A stretch of DNA of 64,000 nucleotides from an uncultured Bacteroidota bacterium (GTDB lineage Bacteria; Bacteroidota; Ignavibacteria; UBA10030; UBA6906), in contig CAVOYH010000004.1 in assembly GCA_963700635.1 (NCBI GenBank), positions 416,001 through 480,000 on the forward strand, written 5' to 3'. The translations under genes and the position numbers were made by a program. The notes under the pieces are model-generated. The model was not told where the DNA came from. It made no database searches and saw only the letters and a list, made by a program, of their open reading frames with translations. Below, piece by piece: positions 1 through 9,036 of this stretch. Positions within the stretch are counted from its first letter, which is position 1, and every line of letters begins with the position of its first letter.

Positions 1-14
1 GCTCTCTTTTCGTA

Positions 15-1541
15 TTGCTCATCCCGTGCATGATGTCTGCTCAGGCCCCCGACTGGGTAACCGGTATGGGGGGCGGGGCAACGTATCCTTCCTCGACGTA
101 CCTCACCGGTTTTGGCATCGCCCAGCTGAAGGCAGGGAAACCCCGGAATGAAGTTCTGGAAGAGGCCGTGAACGGCGCCCTCCGGAACGCTGCTGAAAAA
201 GTGCGTGTGTCCATTCTTGGTACGGTCGAATTGCGGACAGAAGAACGGGACACTTCATTAAGTCAATATTTCAGCACCGTGACACAATCCCGGACCACTC
301 TGGAGCTGGAGGGATTGGACAGCAAGACGTATCTTGACGACAAAGCGGGGCTTCTGTACGCTCTGGTCTTTGCCCGCCGGGACCAGTTGTTCGATCGATA
401 TAACCGGACTGCCGGTCTGTTACGGGCGCGGCTTGCCGTCCTTCTGAAGAGCGGAAGAGCTGCTGCGGCGGCCAATGATCTTGCCAACGCGCTGACGAGT
501 TATCTTCAGGTTTTGCCACTCTTCCGGCAGATCGAAGAGCTCGAAGGAATCTTGATGGTCCTTCGCGAGAGCAGCCCGGGGCAGATGGAGAAGACATCCG
601 CCTCCGCACGCCATGACGCAGAGCTGACTGCTTCCGTCGAACAGGAGATGGTACGGTTACTTCAGCGGCCGGTACGAACACTTGATGATGCCGCCACCCT
701 CCTTACCCATATTCTCGCCGGGCAACTCGGGGAGAAACACCTCACGATGGGCATTGAGCCCCCTTCTTTTCAGGACACACGATCTGGAAGTCCGTTCTCC
801 CGGTATCTGCATGAATCACTTCTCAGCAGTGCCGCATCGATCCCCTCGTGGGAAGTCCACGCCGCAGAAGCACCGCTTCGTGTGCGCGGCGTGCAGGAAG
901 GCGACCGGATCCTCGTCCGGGGGACCTATTGGGATGTGGCCGGCGGAGTGCGCGTTCGCATCATTGCGCGAAAGGCCCCCGGCGGTACGATTGTTGGGAG
1001 CGCCTCCGTGACAATTGCCGAAGCGATTGTTGATGCTTCCGGGCTTGCTACGACGCCGGCGAATTTCTCAGAGGTCGCACACGACCTCCGGAAGATTGAA
1101 CATGAAACTGCCCCTCATGGTGGACTCCAGCTGGAGTTGTGGACCAACAAAGGCGAAGAGAATCCGGTGTTCGTCCGCGGTGAAAGAATGCGCGTCTTTG
1201 TGCGGGCAAATATGCCGTGCGTTGTACGTCTGATCTATCATCTGGCCGACGGACAGCGGACACTGTTGCTTGATGAGTACCGGATCACAGCCGGCGCGGT
1301 GCGGAATGCCATTCGCGTCCCGGGTGAGTTTGAATGTGATGCTCCCTACGGGGCTGAGATCCTCCAGGCCTTCGCCTCAACCACAACCCTTCCGCGTCTG
1401 GCGGTCGAGCAACGCGGGGGTTACGCCTACATAACGGGCACCCTCGATGCGTTGTTACGCACCTCCCGAGCCCAATCCACACCGGGCTCCGGGTCACTCA
1501 CCGCTGAAGCCCGGGTGGTGGTGACAACTATGCCGGAATAA
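15..1541 (+). CDS. Exported protein with LPP20-like N-terminal region and C-terminal DUF4384-like domain (true start may lie at or before the window edge)
   Basis: 508 aa ORF. Signal-peptide-like end (SAQAPDWV), LPP20-like 'YLTGFG...A...AL' segment, C-terminal 'LELWTNKG...GERMRVFVRAN...APYGAEILQAFAS' typical of DUF4384. Confidence 0.6.
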   Translation: MLIPCMMSAQAPDWVTGMGGGATYPSSTYLTGFGIAQLKAGKPRNEVLEEAVNGALRNAAEKVRVSILGTVELRTEERDTSLSQYFSTVTQSRTTLELEGLDSKTYLDDKAGLLYALVFARRDQLFDRYNRTAGLLRARLAVLLKSGRAAAAANDLANALTSYLQVLPLFRQIEELEGILMVLRESSPGQMEKTSASARHDAELTASVEQEMVRLLQRPVRTLDDAATLLTHILAGQLGEKHLTMGIEPPSFQDTRSGSPFSRYLHESLLSSAASIPSWEVHAAEAPLRVRGVQEGDRILVRGTYWDVAGGVRVRIIARKAPGGTIVGSASVTIAEAIVDASGLATTPANFSEVAHDLRKIEHETAPHGGLQLELWTNKGEENPVFVRGERMRVFVRANMPCVVRLIYHLADGQRTLLLDEYRITAGAVRNAIRVPGEFECDAPYGAEILQAFASTTTLPRLAVEQRGGYAYITGTLDALLRTSRAQSTPGSGSLTAEARVVVTTMPE

Positions 1542-1568
1542 TCTGCCAGAAGAAAGTGTGTCCGCTGC

Positions 1569-1597
1569 TGGACTCTGAGCGTGCCGTTTCGTAAATT
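1569..1597 (+). promoter_or_regulatory. Putative sigma70 promoter of the BMC operon
   Basis: TGGACT-17 nt-TAAATT ending 37 nt upstream of ATG 1635. Confidence 0.45.
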
Positions 1598-1634
1598 TCA
1601 GTAATAACACTTCTTTTCATATGTGGAATGTCCC

Positions 1635-1928
1635 ATGGAATTAGGGCGCGTCGAAGGCACGATTGTTTCTACTGCCAAAACAGGCCGGCTCAAGGGCTAC
1701 AAGCTCCTGCTGATCAATCTGATCGGACCCGATGCGTCACCCGGCAGTAACCATGTCGTCGCCGTAGACGCCGTAGGCGCAGGAGAGGGAGAAGTTGTTA
1801 TTGTTGTGCGCGGCAGTTCCGCCCGGCAGGTTGATGACCTTTCCAATATCCCCACCGATACCAGCATCGTGGCTATCGTTGATTCCATCGAGTATAGGGG
1901 CAAAACCGTCTTCCGGAAGAGTTCCTGA
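1635..1928 (+). CDS. eutN: BMC pentamer (vertex) shell protein, EutN/CcmL family
   Basis: MELGRVEGTIVST...VAVDAVGAGEGEVV...GSSAR...DTSIVAIVD; ATG at 1635 preferred to GTG 1623. Confidence 0.95.
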   Translation: MELGRVEGTIVSTAKTGRLKGYKLLLINLIGPDASPGSNHVVAVDAVGAGEGEVVIVVRGSSARQVDDLSNIPTDTSIVAIVDSIEYRGKTVFRKSS

Positions 1929-2201
1929 ATGAAACTCGGGAAAGTGACCGGTAAAGTCTGGGCTACCATCAAGGATCCCAAACTCAACGGTATTCCCCTT
2001 TTCGTTATGCAGCCCGTGGACGAGTCAGGCAATGCCCTGGGAAACGAACTGATTGCCGCGGATACCATCGGGTCGCGCGAAGGCGATCTCGTGTTTTGGG
2101 TTGGCGGAGCAGAGGCAACGTTCGTTTTCCCCCAACGACAGATTCCAAGTGACGTTTCCATCGTGGGTCTGGTGGATCGACTCGACCTTCAAGACGACTG
2201 A
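1929..2201 (+). CDS. eutN: BMC pentamer shell protein, EutN/CcmL family
   Basis: MKLGKVTGKVWATIKD...IAADTIGSREGDLV...SDVSIVGLVD; abuts the previous stop codon. Confidence 0.95.
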   Translation: MKLGKVTGKVWATIKDPKLNGIPLFVMQPVDESGNALGNELIAADTIGSREGDLVFWVGGAEATFVFPQRQIPSDVSIVGLVDRLDLQDD

Positions 2202-2205
2202 AACC

Positions 2206-2490
2206 ATGATCCTCTGCAAAGTAGTTGGCAATATTGTCTCCACCGTCAAGCATAATGCATACCGGAACGCGAAAATCATGCTTGTGCGGCCGGTCAGTCC
2301 TGACGGGGTTACAAAATCAGGAACAATGGTGGCCGTGGATACCGTGGGAGCCGGGGAGGGCAATATTGTTCTGGTGGCATCGGAGGGCCGGGCCGCGATG
2401 GAGATTCTCGGGTTTACCGCCCGCCAGCCCCTTCGCAGCGTGATTGTAGGCATTGTCGATCATATCGAATATGACCGGAAGCGTGAATGA
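2206..2490 (+). CDS. eutN: BMC pentamer shell protein, EutN/CcmL family
   Basis: MILCKVVGNIVSTVKH...VAVDTVGAGEG...VIVGIVD; ATG 2206 lies within ORF 2053..2490. Confidence 0.95.
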   Translation: MILCKVVGNIVSTVKHNAYRNAKIMLVRPVSPDGVTKSGTMVAVDTVGAGEGNIVLVASEGRAAMEILGFTARQPLRSVIVGIVDHIEYDRKRE

Positions 2491-3143
2491 GACCAGAGGA
2501 ATTGCGGCCCTATGTGGAGCGTGCGGTGCGCGAGGCGATCGAACGTCAGCTGTCATCACCTTCACATAACAAGGTGCCGCTGAACATTTCGGCGCGCCAT
2601 CTGCATATCCGCCAGGATCATCTGGAAATGCTGTTTGGTGCCGGGACCCAGCTCACAAAGCTGAGAGATCTGCTGCAGCCGGGAGAATTCGCCGCAAACG
2701 AAACCGTCACGGTTGTCGGCCACAACCGCCGTGTGTTCGAGCAGGTACGTATTCTTGGACCTGTGCGGAAAGCGACGCAGGTGGAGCTCTCGTATACAGA
2801 TGGACGGTATCTGGGAATGGATCTCCCGGCGCGCGTGTCGGGCGACATCGCCGGTACGCATCCGGTCGTCCTGGTCGGTCCAAAAGGATCACTCTATCTT
2901 CCGGAGGGGGTGATTCGGGCGTTGCGCCATATTCACTGCAGCGAAGAAGACGCCCTCCGCCTCGGTCTGCGCAACGGTCAGATGGTGAATGTCCGAACAA
3001 CAGGGCCTATGGCGGTCACGCTCCACCAGGTGTTACTCAGGGTGGGGAAGAATGCGCGCAGGGAAATGCACATCGATACAGACGAAGCGAACGCAGCAGG
3101 GCTGGGGGCCGGGGCAACGGGAGAGATTGTGAAGGAAACCTGA
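2487..3143 (+). CDS. pduL: Phosphate propanoyltransferase (PduL/PTAC) with N-terminal encapsulation peptide
   Basis: SARHLH, LLQPGEFAA, RILGPVR, RHIH, EMHIDTDEANAA motifs; amphipathic N-terminal helix; ATGA overlap with the upstream gene. Confidence 0.95.
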   Translation: MRPEELRPYVERAVREAIERQLSSPSHNKVPLNISARHLHIRQDHLEMLFGAGTQLTKLRDLLQPGEFAANETVTVVGHNRRVFEQVRILGPVRKATQVELSYTDGRYLGMDLPARVSGDIAGTHPVVLVGPKGSLYLPEGVIRALRHIHCSEEDALRLGLRNGQMVNVRTTGPMAVTLHQVLLRVGKNARREMHIDTDEANAAGLGAGATGEIVKET

Positions 3144-3181
3144 TCAAACAGGGTGAATTGAGAATACTGACGTGAGGTTGC

Positions 3182-4603
3182 GTGATAGACCAGAAAAGTA
3201 TCACTGACATTGTGGAAACTGTGGTTGCCCGCCTGAAAGCGGAAGGAGTGGCGGGAACCGGTCCCCCTCCGGTCGCACATGGTTCTGGCGTCTTTGAACG
3301 GATAGAGGATGCGATTGCAGCGGCCCGTGATGCACAACCCCAGTGGGCTTCTACCCCCCGGGCCGTCAAAGAGCGCGTCATCACGGCGCTGCGCAATGTG
3401 ATGCATGCCCATGCGGAAGATCTTGCCCGCCGGGAATGGGAAGAGACAGGGCTCGGACGTGTTGAAGACAAAGTGGTGAAAATTCACAATGCTGCAAATG
3501 CCACCCCCGGGTGTGAGGACCTTGACACACGCTCCTGGAGTGGCGACAAGGGACTGGTAGTCGAAGAGTTCGCCCCCTACGGCGTTGTCGCCGCCGTGAC
3601 ACCGTCGACCCACCCTGTCCCTGTACTGTTTAACAGTCTCGTCATTATCATCGCCTCAGGGAATACCGTTGTGTTTAACGTCCATCCCGCGGCGAAACAG
3701 GTATCCGCTCACGCCCTGAAGCTGTTCCACCGTGCCATCTGCGAGAATGGCGGGCCTTCGCATGTCGCCACCATGGTTGCCGAACCAACAATCGAGAGCG
3801 CGAATACACTTTTTCGCGAACGCTCGATCCGTCTCATCGGAGCTACCGGCGGACCCGGCCTGGTAAAATCGGCGTTCAGCTCAGGCAAAAAGGTTATCGC
3901 GGCCGGACCCGGCAATCCTCCGGTTCTCGTGGATGAAACGGCCGACCTGGACATGGCTGCAAAGCACGTTATCGAGGGGGCCTCGTTCGATAACAACATC
4001 CTCTGCATCGCCGAGAAAGAGGCTTTTGTGGTTGATGGGGTCTATCGCCAGTTCCTGGATGCGCTCGCACGACACGGAGCGGTGCGACTGACCCGCGAAC
4101 AAATCCAGACGCTTGCGCGGAAGGTTTTCCTGAAGAATGAGCGGGGGGAAGTGCAGACCAGCCGCGAGTTCGTCGGCAAAAATGCCAATGTCCTGGCCCG
4201 CGCCGTCGGGATAACACTTCCTGACAGTGCCCGTCTTCTGTACGGCGAAGCGGAGTTTGACTGTGAGTTCGTCCAGGAAGAACAAATGATGCCGTACCTT
4301 CCCGTGGTGCGTGTCCGCGATGTTGATGAAGGTATCAGCCTCGCACACAAGGCAGAACACCGGTACGGACACACCGCGATGATTCATTCCAACAATCTTG
4401 AAACCATCACGCGGTTTAGCAGAACTCTGAACACATCGATTATCGTCGTGAACGGTTCCAGTCTCGTCGGGCTCGGCGGCTTGGCGGGCGAAGGAACATT
4501 CTCGCATACTGTTTCGAGTCCGACCGGTGAGGGGGTCTGTACTCCCCGCCATTTTGCCCGTACGCGGCGTCTGGCATTTGGAAAGAGTCTTCATTTCGTC
4601 TGA
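3182..4603 (+). CDS. CoA-acylating aldehyde dehydrogenase (EutE/PduP family) with N-terminal encapsulation peptide
   Basis: EETGLGRVEDK, PYGVVAAVTPST, ATGGPGLV, AGPGNPPVLVDETAD, FDNNILCIAEKE (catalytic Cys), PTGEG. Confidence 0.95.
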   Translation: MIDQKSITDIVETVVARLKAEGVAGTGPPPVAHGSGVFERIEDAIAAARDAQPQWASTPRAVKERVITALRNVMHAHAEDLARREWEETGLGRVEDKVVKIHNAANATPGCEDLDTRSWSGDKGLVVEEFAPYGVVAAVTPSTHPVPVLFNSLVIIIASGNTVVFNVHPAAKQVSAHALKLFHRAICENGGPSHVATMVAEPTIESANTLFRERSIRLIGATGGPGLVKSAFSSGKKVIAAGPGNPPVLVDETADLDMAAKHVIEGASFDNNILCIAEKEAFVVDGVYRQFLDALARHGAVRLTREQIQTLARKVFLKNERGEVQTSREFVGKNANVLARAVGITLPDSARLLYGEAEFDCEFVQEEQMMPYLPVVRVRDVDEGISLAHKAEHRYGHTAMIHSNNLETITRFSRTLNTSIIVVNGSSLVGLGGLAGEGTFSHTVSSPTGEGVCTPRHFARTRRLAFGKSLHFV

Positions 4604-4686
4604 CGATTGATGCAGTACTCTGACGATGAACACTAAACGTAAGAAACGACAATACTTCACATTTTCTCACACCTAGGAGCACTCAC

Positions 4687-4974
4687 ATGGCAATGGAAGC
4701 ACTTGGAATGATCGAAACCCGCGGACTTGTCGGGTCTATCGAGGCGGCGGATGCAATGGTCAAAGCCGCGCGCGTACAGCTTATCGGCAAGGTGCTTGTC
4801 GGTGGCGGACTCGTGACCATTTTTGTTCGCGGTGATGTCGCGGCGTGTAAGGCGGCGACGGATGCCGGTGCGGCAGCAGCACAGCGGGTCGGTGAGCTGG
4901 TCAGCTCCCATGTGATTCCGCGTCCGCATGATGAAATCGAAACCATTCTCCCTCAGCGGACTGACAAAGCATAA
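4687..4974 (+). CDS. BMC hexamer shell protein (EutM/PduA family)
   Basis: [25 protein letters not shown]...GGGLVT...RGDVAA...HVIPRPH; AGGAG SD upstream. Confidence 0.97.
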   Translation: MAMEALGMIETRGLVGSIEAADAMVKAARVQLIGKVLVGGGLVTIFVRGDVAACKAATDAGAAAAQRVGELVSSHVIPRPHDEIETILPQRTDKA

Positions 4975-4985
4975 GGAATCTTCAG

Positions 4986-5771
4986 GTGAACAACCTGCTT
5001 ACCCTGAAACGGGACCTTGTTGAAGTTGGCCGCCGTGTGTACGCACGCGGTTATGTTGCGTCCAACGACGGAAATATCAGTGCACGACTTGACGAAAAAC
5101 GTGTTGTCATTACCCCGACCGGCGTCAGCAAAGGGTTTATGACGCCCGAAGATATGACGGTTGTGGACCTGGAAGGGAAGGTGCTCTCCGGAACCCGAAA
5201 ACCATCGTCCGAAGTGTACATGCATCTTGCCGTCTACAAAAACCGGCCGGATATCCACAGCGTGTGTCATGCACATCCCCCGTATGCGACCGGATTTGCC
5301 GTGGCGGGGATCCCCCTGGACAAATGTATCCTCCCCGAAGTGGTGATTGTCCTGGGCGGTATTCCCCTCGTGGAGTATGGAACGCCCGGTACCGAAGATT
5401 TCTTCAGGCCCGTCCTCAAGATTCTCGACAAGTACGATGCGTTCCTGCTGGCGAACCACGGTGCGCTCACCATCGGCAAGGATATCTATAACGCCTACTA
5501 CAAGATGGAAACGCTTGAGCACTTCGCCCACATTGCCTTTGTCGCCGAACAGCTCGGTCACATGACGGTGCTGAACAGAGATCAGGTGCAGAAACTGACT
5601 GATCTCAGGCAGAAGTTCGGGATCCGGACAAGCGTCGGTTGCGTAACATGTGATGATGATGCGTCAACCTGCGCCGCACCCGACCCCGAACCGCCGGCCG
5701 GAGGGCAGGACAATGAGTCGCTCATCCGGAGCATCACCGATGCGGTCATGAAGAAACTCCAGCAGTCGTAA
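4986..5771 (+). CDS. Class II aldolase/adducin family (fuculose/rhamnulose-1-phosphate aldolase-like) with C-terminal encapsulation peptide
   Basis: GNISAR, TPTG, PSSEVYMH, HAHPPYA, LLANHG motifs; C-terminal helix NESLIRSITDAVMKKLQQS. Confidence 0.92.
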   Translation: MNNLLTLKRDLVEVGRRVYARGYVASNDGNISARLDEKRVVITPTGVSKGFMTPEDMTVVDLEGKVLSGTRKPSSEVYMHLAVYKNRPDIHSVCHAHPPYATGFAVAGIPLDKCILPEVVIVLGGIPLVEYGTPGTEDFFRPVLKILDKYDAFLLANHGALTIGKDIYNAYYKMETLEHFAHIAFVAEQLGHMTVLNRDQVQKLTDLRQKFGIRTSVGCVTCDDDASTCAAPDPEPPAGGQDNESLIRSITDAVMKKLQQS

Positions 5772-6958
5772 TGAACATCATCGTCTGCAACATCGGTTCG
5801 AGCAGCTTCAAGTTCCAGCTGCTCGACATGCCGGGGGAACGCCAGCGTGCACGCGGGTACACCGAACGCGTGGGCGCGCAGGACGCGATCACGACGTACT
5901 GGGTTGAGGACCGGCAGGTCTACCAGGCGGTAAAGGGCGTTCCCTCACACCGTGAGGCCGTACAGGATGCCATTGACTTTCTGGTCGATCCAAAGAACGG
6001 CGTGCTTTCTTCGCTCGATCAGATCGAAGGCGTAGGATTCAAGACCGTGCAGGGTGGAGAGAAAAATGGTTCTGTTTTCCTGACCGAGGATGTTCTGGAA
6101 GCCATGGAAGTGTACAGGGATCTGGCCCCCGCGCACAATCCCCCGTATCTGACGGCAATCAGAATGTTCAGGGAACTCCTTCCCCGTACGCCGCTTGTCG
6201 GCGTGTTCGAACCGGGATTCCATACGACGATACCGGAGTACGCCCGGGTGTACGGGGCTCCGTTTGAGTGGTATGAACGCCTGGGCGTAAAAAAATACGG
6301 GTATCACGGCGCATCGCACAAGTTTATTGCCACGGAGACGGTGCGGCGGTTTGGCCTGCCTGTCGACAATCACCGGATAATCTCCTGCCACCTTGGCGGC
6401 TCCTCATCACTGTGCGCGATCAAGAATGGGGTTTCCATTGACACCTCAATGGGCTTCACCCCGCAATCAGGCCTTCTTCAGGGTACCCGGGTCGGGGATA
6501 TGGATCCGTTTGTTCTGCCGTTTGTGATGAAGAAGAAGGGGATCACGCTCGATCAGGCGCTTGCGGAATGTTCAAAAAACGGGGGTCTGGCAGGGATTTC
6601 GGGAATCTCCGCCGATATGCGGGATATCAATGCAGCCGTGGCGCGGGGGGATCGCCGTGCCCGCCTCGCGCGTGACCGCTTTGTCTATGACTGCAAGCGT
6701 TACGTGGGGGAATACCTTGTGTTGCTGGAGGGCGTGGATGTGATTGTCTTTACGGGCGGGATCGGCCAGCGTGATGCGGCTCTGCGTCGAGAAGTACTCA
6801 GCGCCCTGAGTTTTCTCGGGCTGAAGCTCGACGATGCGAAGAATAACGCGCATGCAGATCGTATCACTACGGCAGATTCAACCATCGTCGGAGTGGTTCT
6901 GGCGACCGATGAAGAGATTGTCGTTGCCCGTGAGACCGTACGGGTGATCGGGCAATAG
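5771..6958 (+). CDS. ackA: Acetate/propionate kinase (BMC-associated variant)
   Basis: NIGSSSFKFQ, APAHNPP, KKYGYHGASH, CHLGGSSS, SMGFTP, FTGGIG, TDEE. Confidence 0.93.
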   Translation: MNIIVCNIGSSSFKFQLLDMPGERQRARGYTERVGAQDAITTYWVEDRQVYQAVKGVPSHREAVQDAIDFLVDPKNGVLSSLDQIEGVGFKTVQGGEKNGSVFLTEDVLEAMEVYRDLAPAHNPPYLTAIRMFRELLPRTPLVGVFEPGFHTTIPEYARVYGAPFEWYERLGVKKYGYHGASHKFIATETVRRFGLPVDNHRIISCHLGGSSSLCAIKNGVSIDTSMGFTPQSGLLQGTRVGDMDPFVLPFVMKKKGITLDQALAECSKNGGLAGISGISADMRDINAAVARGDRRARLARDRFVYDCKRYVGEYLVLLEGVDVIVFTGGIGQRDAALRREVLSALSFLGLKLDDAKNNAHADRITTADSTIVGVVLATDEEIVVARETVRVIGQ

Positions 6959-8107
6959 TCACTCCCTGTCCTTCCCGCCAATACGTTGTACGTCGCCTGT
7001 TTCCCCCGTGTCCTTTTCCGGATCGTTCATCACCCGGGATTGATGCTCGATCGATTCCCGGTGGATGATCTCAAAAAGTTTCATGACGAACTCTTTTGTC
7101 AGGTTCTTCTCCCGCCCCTCTTCCAGCCGCGTCCGGACAATTTCATCCCAGCGTGATGATTGCAGAATTGTAGTGTTGCTCTTTTTCTTATAGGCGCCTA
7201 TCTCCTCCGCCACCGCCATACGTTCCGACATGATATCCAGGACGCCGTGGTCGATCTTGTCGATGCGTTCCCGCAGCTCCTCGAGCTTGGTGCGTGTCAT
7301 TACATCGCCAATGCTCTCCTGCCGGAAAACAAGATGGTTTAAGAGGACCCCTGTTTCCTCGGGTGTCAGCTGTTGTTGCGCATCACTGAGTGCTTCCGCA
7401 GGATGGATGTGTGATTCGATCATGAGGCCGTCGAAATTCAGATCCATGGCAGTCTGAGCCACTTCCTGGAGTGTATCCGTGCGGCCGCAGATATGGCTGG
7501 GATCGCAGACGATGGGAAGCCCGGGAACGCGCCGTTTGAGCTCAATCGGGATTTCCCAGTTGGGCTTGTTCCGGTATTTGGACCGTTCGAAGGTCGAGAA
7601 GCCGCGATGGATTGCGCCCAGTTTTGTGATGCCCGCCTTGTTGATACGTTCAAGAGCTCCGATCCACAGCTCGATATCCGGATTGATAGGGTTTTTTACG
7701 AGCACCGGCGTATCAGTTCCGCGGATTGTATCGGCGATTTCCTGCACGACAAATGGGTTGGCGGTGGATCGTGCGCCGATCCAGAGGATATCAATCCCCG
7801 CCTTGAGGGCTTCTTCAACATGACGGCTGTTTGCGACTTCGACGGCGGTAGGGAGGCCTGTTGCTTTTCCTGCGGCCCGGATCCAGCTCAATGCAACGCC
7901 TCCGATTCCTTCGAATGCAGAGGGCCGTGTGCGGGGTTTCCAGACGCCCGCCCTGAGGGCGTGTACGCGGCCGAGTTTCTTCAACTCCAATGCCGTCTGC
8001 AATACCTGGCTTTCACTTTCGGCGCTGCAGGGTCCAGAAATGATCAGCGGTCGCGGTGCATCAAGTCCGATCAAGCGCTGACGTTCAAACGATAAATGTG
8101 CCTCCAT
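6959..8107 (-). CDS. Bifunctional DAHP synthase (type I-beta-like)/chorismate mutase
   Basis: ISGPCSAES, RAGVWKPRTRP, WIGARS, VKNP, DPSHICG, GLMIESH; C-terminal AroQ domain LEELRERIDKID. Confidence 0.92.
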   Translation of the reverse strand: MEAHLSFERQRLIGLDAPRPLIISGPCSAESESQVLQTALELKKLGRVHALRAGVWKPRTRPSAFEGIGGVALSWIRAAGKATGLPTAVEVANSRHVEEALKAGIDILWIGARSTANPFVVQEIADTIRGTDTPVLVKNPINPDIELWIGALERINKAGITKLGAIHRGFSTFERSKYRNKPNWEIPIELKRRVPGLPIVCDPSHICGRTDTLQEVAQTAMDLNFDGLMIESHIHPAEALSDAQQQLTPEETGVLLNHLVFRQESIGDVMTRTKLEELRERIDKIDHGVLDIMSERMAVAEEIGAYKKKSNTTILQSSRWDEIVRTRLEEGREKNLTKEFVMKLFEIIHRESIEHQSRVMNDPEKDTGETGDVQRIGGKDRE

Positions 8108-8154
8108 TTCGGGTAATCCTTTTCGTTGTACGGTAATCGATTTCTGTCTCAGTG

Positions 8155-9036
8155 CTATCCGCCGTCAGGTCCATTATGGCCGCTACCATTAAGCCCCGCC
8201 AGCACCCTCCGGATTTCATTTGCCTCTTCCATGGTGCGTGCCAAGTGCTCCGTGCGCCCGGATTCCAGCATCTGCTTGAATGCGGTGATGTTTCGGATGT
8301 ATGCATCCAGGGCTTCACAAACAAATTCCGCATTCTGTTCGAAAATCGGAGCCCACATGGCCGGTGAGCTTTTTGCAAGACGCACCGTGGATTCAAAGCC
8401 GGAACCGGCAAGGGCAAAAATCGTGGACGTGCTCTTCTCGATCTCAAGGACCGTGGTTGCAAGGACGAATGAGGTGATATGCGAAATATGCGAGACGTAT
8501 GCGGCATGGCGATCGTGATCGTCGGCGCCCATAAAAAGAAGGCGCATGCCGAGAACCGTGTACAGGTGTTTGACACGTTCCAGTGCATCGACATCACTGG
8601 CGCCGGATTCGCAGAGGATCCCCGGCTTGCCACGGAAAAGATCCTTCTGTGCTGCTGCGGGGCCGCTGTTCTCCGTACCCGCAATCGGATGGGAAGGCAC
8701 AAATCGACCCCGGCGCGGATGAGCGCGTACGGCATTACAAATGGTACGTTTTGTTGACCCCGCATCGGTCACCACCGTGCCGGGGTTTATCATGTCCAGG
8801 ATATGGGGGAGTATGTTTACTGCAGCGCTGACAGGCACAGCGAGGATGATCAGGTCAGCCGACCGCACGCCCTGATCCAGGGTTACGATTTCGTCAATAA
8901 GGCCGAGATGGAGCGCAGCTGCGGAATGGGCCTCATTCTGATCTACCCCCAATACCCGATCGGAAAAACCCGCAGCTCGAAGATCCAGTGCCATGGATCC
9001 TCCAATAAGCCCGACACCGATCACTGTCGTCGTCAT
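8155..9036 (-). CDS. tyrA: Prephenate dehydrogenase
   Basis: IGVGLIGGS, DAGSTK, HPIAGTENSG, HDRHAAYVSHISH, STVRLAKS. Confidence 0.95.
   Translation of the reverse strand: MTTTVIGVGLIGGSMALDLRAAGFSDRVLGVDQNEAHSAAALHLGLIDEIVTLDQGVRSADLIILAVPVSAAVNILPHILDMINPGTVVTDAGSTKRTICNAVRAHPRRGRFVPSHPIAGTENSGPAAAQKDLFRGKPGILCESGASDVDALERVKHLYTVLGMRLLFMGADDHDRHAAYVSHISHITSFVLATTVLEIEKSTSTIFALAGSGFESTVRLAKSSPAMWAPIFEQNAEFVCEALDAYIRNITAFKQMLESGRTEHLARTMEEANEIRRVLAGLNGSGHNGPDGG

Noticed and set aside
1635-6958. Ethanolamine/propanediol utilisation or carboxysome assignment
   Set aside because: No EutBC, PduCDE, glycyl-radical enzyme or RuBisCO is present; the signature enzyme is a class II aldolase.
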